Positions 36,083 to 45,509 of a stretch of DNA of 64,000 nucleotides are shown here, piece after piece (the stretch's first letter is position 1; each line of letters begins with the position of its first letter). Below the pieces are notes generated by a model. That model was not told the DNA's origin. It searched no databases and saw only the letters and a program-made list of their open reading frames with translations. This DNA comes from a bacterium (GTDB lineage Bacteria > Patescibacteriota > Patescibacteriia > UBA1558 > GWA2-36-10), in NCBI GenBank assembly GCA_018653315.1, contig JABIAL010000016.1, positions 3,433-67,432 of the forward strand. The letters are read 5' to 3'. The translations under genes were made by a program, and so were the position numbers.

Positions 36083-37903
36083 TTACATCACCTCCGGAGC
36101 TTCTATTCCTAATAATTTTAGTCCTTTAGCTAGAATTTTTTTAGTTTGTAGACATAATTGTAAACGAAGATGTTTAGTATTCTCATCATCGGCCTGCAAG
36201 ACAGAATGTTGTTGGTAAAAGTGGTTAAATATTTTAGCGAGTTCAAATAAATATTGAGTTAGAGTAGCAGGATTATAGCTAATAGTAGCTTGAGTAATAG
36301 TTTCAGGGAAGTTTAAAAGTAATTTGAGTAAGATTTTTTCTTCATCATTAAGCTTTAGTTTTTTATCTAAATCTTCTAGCACAGGAATATTAGCTGCTTT
36401 TTTAAGAATATTATTGATCCTAGCATGAGTATATTGAATAAACGGGCCAGTATAACCATCAAAAGAGATTGAAGCTTGCGGATCAAAAGTCATGTCTTTT
36501 TGGGGGTTGGTGCTAAGCATGAAAAATTTTAAAGCACCAAGACCAACCATTTCAGCTGTTTGCTGATCTTGTTTGGCTGTAGTTTTAATCTGTTTTTGGG
36601 CTTTAGCCATGATATCCGTTGCCTTAGTTTTCATCTCTTTGATCATGTCGTCAGCATCAACTACATTGCCTTCTCGAGATTTCATTTTGCCGTCAGGTAG
36701 ATTAACCATACCATAGGCTAGATGATGTAAATTATCTGCCCAATTATATCCTAATTTTTTGAGAATTAAAAATAAGATTTTAAAATGATAATTTTGTTCA
36801 TTGGCAACTACATAGATCATGTTATCTAATTCAAATTCATCATAACGATCTTTAGCTGTACCTAAATCTTGAGTGATATAAACTGATGTTCCGTCACCAC
36901 GTAAAACTAATTTATCATCTAGGTTTTCAGCAGATAGATCAGCCCAAACAGAATTATCCTCTTTTTTATAGAAAACATTTTGTTTTAATCCAGCTTCAAC
37001 CATGTCTTTACCTAAAAGATAAGTGTCACTTTCATAATATACTTTATCAAAAGTAATACCTAGATTTGTATAAGTTTCCTCAAATCCCTGGTAAACCCAG
37101 TCATTCATGGTCTGCCACAGCTGACGAACTTCTTTATTGTTATCTTCCCATTGTTTAAGTATTATTTGTGCCTCTTGCATTAAAGGAGATTGAGCTAAAA
37201 ATTCTTCTTCTGTTTTTCTTTTGTCTAAATCTGAAAGCTTGTCTAAGTTTATTGTATTTTCTATATAATATTGTTCTTTTTCTTTTTTTAGTTCTTGATT
37301 AAATCTAACATAATAAATACCAACAAAATGATCACCTTTAGTTTTAGTAGATTCTGGCGTTTCATTGTTGCCCCATTTTTGGTAGGACAACATACTTTTA
37401 ACAATATGAATGCCACGATCGTTAATAATATTGACTGGAATTACTGAAAAACCACAAGCACGGTGTAGATTTACTAAAGTTTGACCTAAGACATCATTTC
37501 TTACATGACCTAAGTGTTGTGGTTTATTAGTATTTGGTCCAGAAAATTCAATCATTATTTTTTTGTCTTGACCAAAAATATTTTGGCCAAAGTTTTTATC
37601 ATTTAGATCAGCTAAAGATAATTGAGCAAATAGGTTGTTATCTATGGTGATATTTAAATATGGGCCAGCTGCTTTAGCTGAAACTATTAAATCATCTAAT
37701 TTATATTTATCAGCTAGAGTTTTAGCTACTTCATTTGGACTTTGTTTGCTTAGTTTAGCGATATCAAAACAAGCCAGAGCATAATCCCCTAAATCTTTAT
37801 TTGGTGGAAAGTTTAATTCTATTTGTTTTAGTTCAAGACCAATTTTAAAAATATCCGCAATGTTTGTTTGGATATTTGATTTAATAGTATCTAAGACAGT
37901 CAT
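36083..37903 (-). CDS. argS: arginine--tRNA ligase
   Basis: HIGH motif region PNTNKPQHLGHVRN, an ArgRS N-terminal add-1 domain, and a C-terminal DALK-type anticodon-binding domain ending in ...M. Confidence 0.9.
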   Translation of the reverse strand: MTVLDTIKSNIQTNIADIFKIGLELKQIELNFPPNKDLGDYALACFDIAKLSKQSPNEVAKTLADKYKLDDLIVSAKAAGPYLNITIDNNLFAQLSLADLNDKNFGQNIFGQDKKIMIEFSGPNTNKPQHLGHVRNDVLGQTLVNLHRACGFSVIPVNIINDRGIHIVKSMLSYQKWGNNETPESTKTKGDHFVGIYYVRFNQELKKEKEQYYIENTINLDKLSDLDKRKTEEEFLAQSPLMQEAQIILKQWEDNNKEVRQLWQTMNDWVYQGFEETYTNLGITFDKVYYESDTYLLGKDMVEAGLKQNVFYKKEDNSVWADLSAENLDDKLVLRGDGTSVYITQDLGTAKDRYDEFELDNMIYVVANEQNYHFKILFLILKKLGYNWADNLHHLAYGMVNLPDGKMKSREGNVVDADDMIKEMKTKATDIMAKAQKQIKTTAKQDQQTAEMVGLGALKFFMLSTNPQKDMTFDPQASISFDGYTGPFIQYTHARINNILKKAANIPVLEDLDKKLKLNDEEKILLKLLLNFPETITQATISYNPATLTQYLFELAKIFNHFYQQHSVLQADDENTKHLRLQLCLQTKKILAKGLKLLGIEAPEVM

Positions 37904-38000
37904 AATTTTATTGTTAGTTTAGCTTAATCTTACTGATTTTTGAAGAAAAAATCAATCCCGCAGCTTTATCTGCCAAGTTGATTTATTTTTTAGTAAATTA

Positions 38001-38009
38001 TGGTATAAT
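38001..38009 (+). promoter_or_regulatory. extended -10 (TGgTATAAT) six nt upstream of the ATPase ATG; possible leaderless mRNA
   Basis: tggtataat at 38001-38009 and ATG at 38016. Confidence 0.35.
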
Positions 38010-38015
38010 ATTAAC

Positions 38016-40700
38016 ATGAGCAAAACAAAAATTGTTTGGCATAGTTTGGATATCAGTAAAATACTCCAAACTTTAAATACTAAGAAAACTGGCCTGTCGT
38101 CTAAAGAGGCTAGCCAGAGAAATGAAAAATATGGATTAAATATTTTAGCCCAAGCTAAGAAGTTTTCAGCTTGGCGTTTATTTTTTTCTCAGTTTAAAAG
38201 TGCTTTAGTTTATGTACTGTTAATAGCTGGCTTGGTTAGTTTTATTTTTGGTGAGTTTGTTGATGCCTATGTTATTTTTGCAGCTGTTGGTCTAAATGTG
38301 GCTATTGGTTTTTGGCAAGAAAAAAAGGCTAATAGATCTTTAGAGCAATTAAGTAAAGTTGTTAAAAAAGAAGCAATTGTTTTGCGAGATGGTCATGAGA
38401 TAAAAGTAGAAGCTAGGTATTTAGTAGCTGGAGATATTATTTTATTACAAGCTGGTGATCGAGTGCCAGCAGACGGAAGATTGTTGTCTATAAACAACCT
38501 TAAGGTAAATGAAGCAACTTTGACTGGTGAATCTTGGCCAATAGAAAAAGAACTTAAACCATTAGATAAAGGAACTGTTTTAGCGGAAAGGGATAATTCA
38601 GTTTTCATGGGTACTTTGGCAGTAGAAGGCAGAGGATTAGCCGTAATTACCCACATTGGCGTTGATACTGAAATTGGTAAAATCACTACCATGCTCAAAG
38701 AAACAGATGACGAGCAGACACCTTTGCAGAAAAATTTAGATAGTTTTGCTAAAAATATTACGAAAATTATAGTTTTAATTGCCATGACTGTTTTCTTTTT
38801 GGGGTTAATAGAAGGTCAGTCAATGTTAGAAATGTTTACTGTAGCGATAGCTTTAGCGGTATCTGCTATTCCAGAAGGTTTGGTGATCGGTGTAACAATG
38901 ATTTTGACTATGGGCATGCGGCGTATTTTGCAGAACAATGGCTTGGTGCGTAAATTAGTATCTGCTGAGACACTTGGTTCCACTACTCTAATATGTACAG
39001 ATAAAACCGGCACCTTGACTGAAGGTGAAATGCGAGTAACAAAAATTGCTACTAATAAGCATTTAATAGATTTGGCTACTAACTCTCTAAAAGATGAGGC
39101 AAAGGATAAAGAAATTGAAAAGTTATTAGAGATTGCTACTTTATGTAATGATTCTAGTGTTCAAAATATTGATGATGGTTTTGAAGATTGGGTAGTCTTA
39201 GGCAGTCCAACTGAAAAAGCTTTATTGTTATTTAGTGGCTCACAACATAATTTAGATGATTTGCAACGTCGTTATCGTCGGAAAGACGAAATTCCTTTTG
39301 ATTCTCGTTATAAGTACATGGTGACACGACATAGTTATGATAACCGTCATGATATTATTTTTATCAAAGGAGCCCCAGAAAAGATATTAGAATTTTCTTC
39401 TTCTTATCTAAACAATAATAAGAAAAGTAATTTAACAGAGGCTAAGGCAGAGGCTTTTAATAAGACGCTAGAAGATTTTAGTAAAGACGGTTTACGTGTT
39501 TTAGCCGGTGCATATAAATTAATTCCAAAAAAATACCCAGATATAAAATCATGTGAAGACGATCCTTTTGATCTGACTTTTGTTGGTTTATGGGGTTTGT
39601 CTGATCCTTTACGTCCAGAAACCAAAGAAACATTAGACGCAGCCTTGAAAGCGGGCATCCGCACTATTATTATTACTGGGGATAATAAATTTACTGCTAA
39701 AAAAATTGCTTCTGATTTAGGTTTAAAGGTACAGGCAGCTAATATTTTGAGTGGAGATGATTTATTAAAGATTAGTGATGAAGAGCTAGATAAAAGAATC
39801 AAAAACATCCAAGTTTATGCTCGAGTTACTTCAGCCGATAAATTACGAATTATAAAAGCTTGGCAAAAGCGAGGAGAGATAGTTTCGATGACTGGCGATG
39901 GAGTTAATGATGCTCCAGCTTTGAAGGCAGCTGACATTGGTGTGGTAGTTTCTTCTGGATCTGATGTAGCCAAAGAGGTAGCTGATTTGGTTTTGTTGGA
40001 TAATAATTTTAAAACTATAGTGACCGCTATTAAACAAGGGCGGGTTATTTTCGATAACGTACGTAAAGTTATGTTGTATTTGTTATCAGATAGTTTTTCA
40101 GAAATTATTATTATTGTGGTGGCGATGCTTTTAGGTTGGCCTTTACCAATTATTACTGCTCAGATTTTGTGGATAAATTTAGTTAGTGATGGTTTACCGA
40201 ATTTAGCCTTGACCATGGAACCAGAAGATGAAGAGGTGATGAAAGATAGACGGGGAGCCAAGTTTAAGTCTTTGCTTAATTTTGAGGGTAAATTTTTAAT
40301 TGGGGCAATTAGTATTATTACTGCTATGGCTAGCCTAGCTCTCTTCTGGTTTTTATGGAACAGAACTGGTGATCTTGATTTAGCTAGAACAGTAGTCTTT
40401 ACAGCCTTAGGATTAGATACATTATTTTATGTATTTAGCATCCGTAATTTAAAACACAGTATTTTTACTTCACATCCTTTTCAGAATAAATATTTAAATA
40501 TGGCCGTGTTATTTGGCATAGCTTTACAAGTATCAGCTATTTATTTGCCATTTTTAAACAGAGCCCTACATACTGTTCCACTTGGTTGGACTGAATGGGA
40601 GATTATATTATTATTTTTAGTTTTGGTTATTTTAACCATTGAAATTACTAAAGCTTTATTTATACTTTATTATAAGAAACATAAAAAAAAATATGCTTAA
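38016..40700 (+). CDS. P2-type cation-transporting ATPase (Ca2+-ATPase-like)
   Basis: DKTGTLT, TM4 IPEGL, TGDN and GDGVNDAPAL motifs. N-terminal cation_ATPase_N pattern. Confidence 0.85.
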   Translation: MSKTKIVWHSLDISKILQTLNTKKTGLSSKEASQRNEKYGLNILAQAKKFSAWRLFFSQFKSALVYVLLIAGLVSFIFGEFVDAYVIFAAVGLNVAIGFWQEKKANRSLEQLSKVVKKEAIVLRDGHEIKVEARYLVAGDIILLQAGDRVPADGRLLSINNLKVNEATLTGESWPIEKELKPLDKGTVLAERDNSVFMGTLAVEGRGLAVITHIGVDTEIGKITTMLKETDDEQTPLQKNLDSFAKNITKIIVLIAMTVFFLGLIEGQSMLEMFTVAIALAVSAIPEGLVIGVTMILTMGMRRILQNNGLVRKLVSAETLGSTTLICTDKTGTLTEGEMRVTKIATNKHLIDLATNSLKDEAKDKEIEKLLEIATLCNDSSVQNIDDGFEDWVVLGSPTEKALLLFSGSQHNLDDLQRRYRRKDEIPFDSRYKYMVTRHSYDNRHDIIFIKGAPEKILEFSSSYLNNNKKSNLTEAKAEAFNKTLEDFSKDGLRVLAGAYKLIPKKYPDIKSCEDDPFDLTFVGLWGLSDPLRPETKETLDAALKAGIRTIIITGDNKFTAKKIASDLGLKVQAANILSGDDLLKISDEELDKRIKNIQVYARVTSADKLRIIKAWQKRGEIVSMTGDGVNDAPALKAADIGVVVSSGSDVAKEVADLVLLDNNFKTIVTAIKQGRVIFDNVRKVMLYLLSDSFSEIIIIVVAMLLGWPLPIITAQILWINLVSDGLPNLALTMEPEDEEVMKDRRGAKFKSLLNFEGKFLIGAISIITAMASLALFWFLWNRTGDLDLARTVVFTALGLDTLFYVFSIRNLKHSIFTSHPFQNKYLNMAVLFGIALQVSAIYLPFLNRALHTVPLGWTEWEIILLFLVLVILTIEITKALFILYYKKHKKKYA

Positions 40701-41394
40701 AAACAAAACAGTTTTAATTACTGGTGCCGCTAGAGGGATTGGCTGGGCAACGGCTCAGTGGTTAGCTGAGCAAGGTTTTAATTTAATTTTAATAGATAAG
40801 ACTAAAGGCGTTTGGCAAAAACAAGCAGATAAGCTAGCCAAAGATAAACAAGTTCGGGTTTTGACTTATATAATTGATTTAACCAAAGTCAGTGCTATTA
40901 AAAGATTAGCTAGTAAATTAAAGAATGTTAAAGTTGATGTTCTAGTTAACAATGCTGGTGTAGTGGTGGTCGGAGAGTTAGTGGATTATGCGGATAAGAT
41001 GATTGAATTGACTTTGGATGTAAATTTGAAAGCAATGATTTTTATAACAAAGTATCTATTGCCTAATTTGGAAAAAAATAAAGGCTTAGTTATAAATATT
41101 TCTTCGGGAGCGGGATTGGTAGGTAAAAAAGAATTTTCAGTTTATTGTGCTTCTAAGTTTGGTGTAATTGGTTTTAGTCAGGCTTTAGCTAAAGACCTAA
41201 AGAAAGTAAAAGTTTTAAGTCTTACCCCAGGAGCTACTAATACTAATTTATTTAAAAAGGCATTTAAAAAAGGCCGTAAAGCTTTGTATCAGCCAGCAGA
41301 TATCGCTTGTATTATTGGAGAGACAATTATGCATCATAAAAGATATAAAACAGGGGAGATAGTTGATCGTTGTGAACACTTAGAAAGAAAATAA
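40693..41394 (+). CDS. SDR-family oxidoreductase
   Basis: TGAARGIGW Rossmann motif, NNAG, catalytic S...Y..SK (YCASK). The start is placed at the ATG at 40693 rather than the overlapping 40639. Confidence 0.8.
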   Translation: MLKNKTVLITGAARGIGWATAQWLAEQGFNLILIDKTKGVWQKQADKLAKDKQVRVLTYIIDLTKVSAIKRLASKLKNVKVDVLVNNAGVVVVGELVDYADKMIELTLDVNLKAMIFITKYLLPNLEKNKGLVINISSGAGLVGKKEFSVYCASKFGVIGFSQALAKDLKKVKVLSLTPGATNTNLFKKAFKKGRKALYQPADIACIIGETIMHHKRYKTGEIVDRCEHLERK

Positions 41395-41410
41395 AAAAGA
41401 ATAAAATAGA

Positions 41411-41436
41411 AAACCGTGTTAGTACGCGGTTTTTAG
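41411..41436 (+). terminator. intrinsic terminator
   Basis: aaaccgtgt-tagt-acgcggttt with g.u pairs, followed by tttag. Confidence 0.55.
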
Positions 41437-41538
41437 TTTGGGTTGACATATTTTAAAAAATATGTTTTAATCATATATTAGCTCTATACAACTTGATCAC
41501 TCAATAACAACACAGAAGAATAACGGAAAGGCAAGACA

Positions 41539-42375
41539 ATGAAGAACTTGATTTTTTGGCTTTGGATTTTGGTGCTTTCTTTTTCAATTGTGCAAGCAGC
41601 TGAAATAAATGCATCGACTTCACTTGATGTTTATGGCTTTGCCAGTTTGAACGCTGAGACGAATCAGGAATTTGATTATAATTGGCGCTGGGCTCGTATT
41701 GGTTTCAAAGCTCATCCTTACAGTGAGACGCTATCGGATGATTTCATGGTCAGATTTGAGTACGATCTCAGCGCTTCGGCTATGAAGTATGCCTATGCGC
41801 AGTTCGATCGTGATTGGCGTGGCGGCAAAGCTTCACTATTAGCTGGACAATACCTCAATCCAATACAGTACTTCTATCCTGGACCAGCTGGTCTACCTTT
41901 GACGCGTTGGCCAGATGCTGAAGGAAATTTTTCGGTTTACTGTCCGGGAGCAGCGCTGTGGTATGACTTTAGTCTTTTTAACTTCAAGGCAGCTACCTTT
42001 GGTCAGGGTCAATTTGCCACTACTATGAGCTTTGGCTCTTTGGCAATGGGCTGGGAAGAAAGCGTTGGACACACCGTTGTTTTGGCTGGTGATTATCTGG
42101 GCAAGTACCTGGAAAATCTTTTTATCGGTTGGGCACATTTTGATGATGATGACTTAGGTCACGCTTTCTTTGTGCAACATCACTGGAAAATCTGGCATCC
42201 ATCATTGCAGTTGTATGCTCAGTATGATTTCGGTGATCAATTACCAGAGGCCTGGTTGACCGGTTTGTCCTGGTCCTACAGCAAGAATTCGTTTGCCAAG
42301 CTATTTTACGATGCTAAGGCAGGCGATTTGGAAGGAGGTGAACTGAAAGCAGAGATTACCTTTGCCTTCGAATAG
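41539..42375 (+). CDS. secreted aromatic-rich hypothetical protein (beta-barrel/porin-like composition), in a GC-rich island
   Basis: Signal peptide ...SIVQA|AE, alternating aromatic/Gly-rich strands, about 45% GC versus about 30% background. Confidence 0.5.
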   Translation: MKNLIFWLWILVLSFSIVQAAEINASTSLDVYGFASLNAETNQEFDYNWRWARIGFKAHPYSETLSDDFMVRFEYDLSASAMKYAYAQFDRDWRGGKASLLAGQYLNPIQYFYPGPAGLPLTRWPDAEGNFSVYCPGAALWYDFSLFNFKAATFGQGQFATTMSFGSLAMGWEESVGHTVVLAGDYLGKYLENLFIGWAHFDDDDLGHAFFVQHHWKIWHPSLQLYAQYDFGDQLPEAWLTGLSWSYSKNSFAKLFYDAKAGDLEGGELKAEITFAFE

Positions 42376-42395
42376 GTGAATTGTTAATTCAATGT

Positions 42396-42430
42396 CCCCG
42401 TAGCGTGCGTACGCTACGGGGGATTTTTTT
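42396..42430 (+). terminator. strong intrinsic terminator
   Basis: ccccgtagcg-tgcgta-cgctacgggg followed by attttttta. A second hairpin plus T-run on the minus strand (42441-42470) serves the convergent gene. Confidence 0.7.
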
Positions 42431-42492
42431 ATCTAAAAAAAACCGGCAAGTTGTATGACTCACCGGAGAGGCTATTTATTAGCCAGAGTTCT

Positions 42493-42971
42493 TTAGCCAG
42501 GGAAAGAGAAGGGGAATCCACTGCCAAGGCCGATTGCGATGACTTCAACGTGGTGTCCTTTTTTACTCTCCTTGCAACCAACGAGTTGCCAGTTTTCTCG
42601 GATAGCAGTGCTGTCTAAATCAGACATTTGCTCAAAGGTCTGGTATTGAATTGAGGCCCACATAGCATCATTTAGATACCCAGTGATCAAGTCGTTCATC
42701 CGAATGGATGTCAATAGGGTGTCATGACGCTGTTTATGTTCGCTTTTTTTGTCGTCGGCAGGGGCGTCCTCATTGTGAAATTCCCGATGGGTCGTCCTCA
42801 GCTCCTCTGCTTCATGAGCATAGTGATTACGTAGGAACAACAAGCGACGTTGTTCATCATTTCTCCTAGTAACACTTCATCATCTTCAATCTTGTTAGTC
42901 ACCGGACATTGTTCCAGATCGGTCGTGGATAATTTAGCCAATTCTTCGTTGATGCGCTTTCTGAAGCTCAT
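42493..42971 (-). pseudogene. possible frameshifted gene (two overlapping ORFs 42798..42971 and 42493..42843) in a GC-rich island
   Basis: The upstream ORF has a strong RBS (AGGAGG-4-ATG) but ends after 58 aa. A second ORF continues in another frame with no ATG of its own (TTG only). His-rich segments (HYAHEAEEL..H.EFH) occur. Confidence 0.3.
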
Positions 42972-43095
42972 GCTTCCTCCTGTAATTTGTTGATTTGAGA
43001 TTATTAAATGCATGATCCTTACATGCAAAAGAACATTGATTTAGTATTTTAATACATCTATCTAGTATTGTCAATAGTAAGGGCTTGTTTAGGCT

Positions 43096-43118
43096 GTATA
43101 GTATAGACTATTCTATAC
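43096..43118. promoter_or_regulatory. 23-bp near-perfect palindrome gtatagtatag-a-ctattctatac in a divergent intergenic region
   Basis: Seen directly. Candidate regulator binding site. Confidence 0.3.
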
Positions 43119-43264
43119 CTTTTTATTAAAAATTAATGTTTTTATCCAATATTAAATCTATTAAAATCTGGAAATATTTAACTATTATAGTTGGTTTAAA
43201 AGTGATTGTTTTAATTAAGTTGAAGTTAAATATCGAGCTCAAATAATTATATAAAAGACATCTC

Positions 43265-43293
43265 TTGACAAGGTTTGATTTTTGAGGTATAGT
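43265..43293 (+). promoter_or_regulatory. sigma70 promoter (TTGACA-17-TATAGT) upstream of the first repeat-protein gene; a second weaker TTGACA box lies at 43334
   Basis: The duplicated atctcttgaca motif at 43260 and 43329 gives tandem promoters. Confidence 0.5.
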
Positions 43294-43416
43294 TATATAT
43301 TAACATTTTGCCATGAAATCTAGTTTTTATCTCTTGACAATCATGGCATTTAGTGTAAGTTTATGCTATATTTACTCATTAAATAAATACATTAAAATAA
43401 ATTTAAAACCTTCATT

Positions 43417-45393
43417 ATGGAAGAACAAAAAAACACTCAATCAAACATGGACATAAAAACTCCAAATGATAGTGCGTCTATCAACACTAACGCAATAAAC
43501 AATGAACAACCTGAAGAAAGTTCTCCTAAGAAAAAGAAGTTTTTCTTTTGGTTTATAATTGCTTTAGGTCTTTTTGCTTTAATCCAAAGTATTTTGGTAT
43601 TTGGTAAAGATGATAATAAAGACGAAGTAGTAGTTGATGAACCACAGCAAACAATTATTGATGAATTAGTTATTGATGATGAAGAAGAAGAACCTGAAGA
43701 TCAATTAACTTATAACACTTATATTCCTCCAGCCCCTCTGGTGCCTGTAGAGGAAGAGATTGATTTAGTAGAATTAACAATAGATGATTGTATTGAAGCA
43801 GATATTGTTATGGCTGGTATTAATCCAGATGATATTAACGATGCTGTAGTAGAACAGTGTTTAATTCTTTGGGAGGACTTACAAGCTTTATTAGAAGATA
43901 TTGAAGATGAAGAAGTAGCTACTACTACACCTACCACCACACCAAGAAGAGGCGGTGGTTCAAGTGGGGGTGGATCTGTTACATTATCTGATGATGCTAG
44001 TTTAAATTTATTTAAGGTAGATGTCATAGATGCTTTAGTGCTTCCTGATTTAGAAGTAGAAAGTTTTGATGACGCAGGAGCTAAATTATTTGTAGATAAT
44101 CACCTCTGTTCAGATATCGAACTTAGTGCTAATCCTTGTGTTGATCAACTTAAACAGTTAGTAGGGATTTTCTTACAACCAACCGATGAAGATATTACTT
44201 ATATTAAAGTCGAGATTGAAAGACTTAGTCCATTGCCAGTAGAATTAGTTTGGGAAAATGAAGAGATTCTTCAATTGCATGAAAAAAATATTTTAGTTGG
44301 TGATATTATCATGGTAACAGTTATCGCTGAAGATGCTACTAGTCAAAATTTATATAAGCTAAGTATTTTAGGTGATGTTGTAAATGACGCTAGCTTAAGT
44401 CTATTTAATGTTGATTTCATTGATGTTTTACCTTTGGCAGGGTTACAGGTAAATAATTTCAGTGAAGAGGGAGCTAATCTGATTTTGTCAGATTATCAGT
44501 GTGAACGCTCAAGTTTTTCAAATGTCAGATGTATAAGTGAAAAAGATAATTTAACAGGTATTTTTATTGAGCCACGTGATCCAGACTTTAGTTATATTAA
44601 AGTAGAGATCAAAAGACTTAGTTTAATGCCGGTAGAGTTAGTTTGGGAAAACGAAGAGATTCTTCAATTACACACAGAAGATATTTTATTAGGTGATGTA
44701 ATTAGAGTGACTGTAGTTTCTGAAGATGGTAAGACTACAAGTTTATATAAAGTTAACATTAGCGATGAATCATTCATTGATACTTCTCTGAATAAATTTG
44801 CTATTGATAAATATGATATTCTGTCTCTAGAAAATTTAGAAATTAAAGATAAATCTGGCGCTGTATTATATATTAATGATGCAGAAGATTGTCCAGATTG
44901 GTCTGATCATGTTTGCACTACAACTAAATTGAAAGGTTTAATTGTCTCAGCTACTCAATCTGACGTGAGCTATATAGGCGTTTCGCTATTACGTGATAAA
45001 GTTTGGAAACTTTGGGAGAATGACGAAATTCATTTATTAGCCCAAGAGGAATTCTTTATTGATGACGTAGTCTTGGTAAGAGTTGTTTCCAAAAATGCTT
45101 GGCACGAAGCAATGTATAAAGTTACTATCAAAGCAGCTCCAACTGAAATAGAAGAAGTTGTAATCACACCAACTGAGCTCAAGCTTGTAAAAATCAAGCC
45201 TAGATTAGTTGGCGGTGGAGGATCTGCTCCAGCAAAGATAGAAAAAGAGCCAATTAATATTGAGCCAATTCAAATTACACCGGTAGAAAAGATTAAGAAA
45301 GTTCAGGAAAAACCAGTTATAGAAGTAAAAGAAGTGACTAGCATTGATCCAGTGATTGAAGTCAAGAAAACCGAACCAGCTATTATTGAATAA
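43417..45393 (+). CDS. large acidic membrane-anchored repeat protein (surface/adhesin-like), paralog A
   Basis: 658 aa. N-terminal TM anchor (FFFWFIIALGLFALIQSILVF), conserved LTIDDCIEADIVMAGINPDDINDA..QCLILWEDLQ block, Thr/Pro/Gly linker TTTPTTTPRRGGGSSGGGS, four modules of about 120 aa (...F.VD.ID.LP..GL.V..F...GA.L.......C......C...L.GIF..P.D.D.SYIKVEI.R.S..PVELVWENEEI.QLH.....GD.I.VTV.AEDG....LYK..I), and a K/E/P-rich C-terminus. Confidence 0.7.
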   Translation: MEEQKNTQSNMDIKTPNDSASINTNAINNEQPEESSPKKKKFFFWFIIALGLFALIQSILVFGKDDNKDEVVVDEPQQTIIDELVIDDEEEEPEDQLTYNTYIPPAPLVPVEEEIDLVELTIDDCIEADIVMAGINPDDINDAVVEQCLILWEDLQALLEDIEDEEVATTTPTTTPRRGGGSSGGGSVTLSDDASLNLFKVDVIDALVLPDLEVESFDDAGAKLFVDNHLCSDIELSANPCVDQLKQLVGIFLQPTDEDITYIKVEIERLSPLPVELVWENEEILQLHEKNILVGDIIMVTVIAEDATSQNLYKLSILGDVVNDASLSLFNVDFIDVLPLAGLQVNNFSEEGANLILSDYQCERSSFSNVRCISEKDNLTGIFIEPRDPDFSYIKVEIKRLSLMPVELVWENEEILQLHTEDILLGDVIRVTVVSEDGKTTSLYKVNISDESFIDTSLNKFAIDKYDILSLENLEIKDKSGAVLYINDAEDCPDWSDHVCTTTKLKGLIVSATQSDVSYIGVSLLRDKVWKLWENDEIHLLAQEEFFIDDVVLVRVVSKNAWHEAMYKVTIKAAPTEIEEVVITPTELKLVKIKPRLVGGGGSAPAKIEKEPINIEPIQITPVEKIKKVQEKPVIEVKEVTSIDPVIEVKKTEPAIIE

Positions 45394-45404
45394 ACATTTT
45401 TTAT

Positions 45405-45448
45405 AAAACCCCGCCCTGAGCATAGTCGAAGGGCGGGGTTTTTATTTT
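45405..45448 (+). terminator. intrinsic terminator whose loop carries the GTCCTGAGC..AGTCGAAGGGC repeat core
   Basis: aaaaccccgccct-gagcatagtcga-agggcggggtttt followed by tatttt. Confidence 0.7.
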
Positions 45449-45509
45449 GCTATTGTCAAGATGCTATTAAATATAGTATAATTACATCGTTAAAATTTAG
45501 ATTTTTATT

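Noticed and set aside
40639-40692. Upstream start of the SDR gene overlapping the ATPase
   Set aside because: The extension is hydrophobic junk overlapping the ATPase C-terminus by 60 nt. The Rossmann motif begins right after the ATG at 40693.
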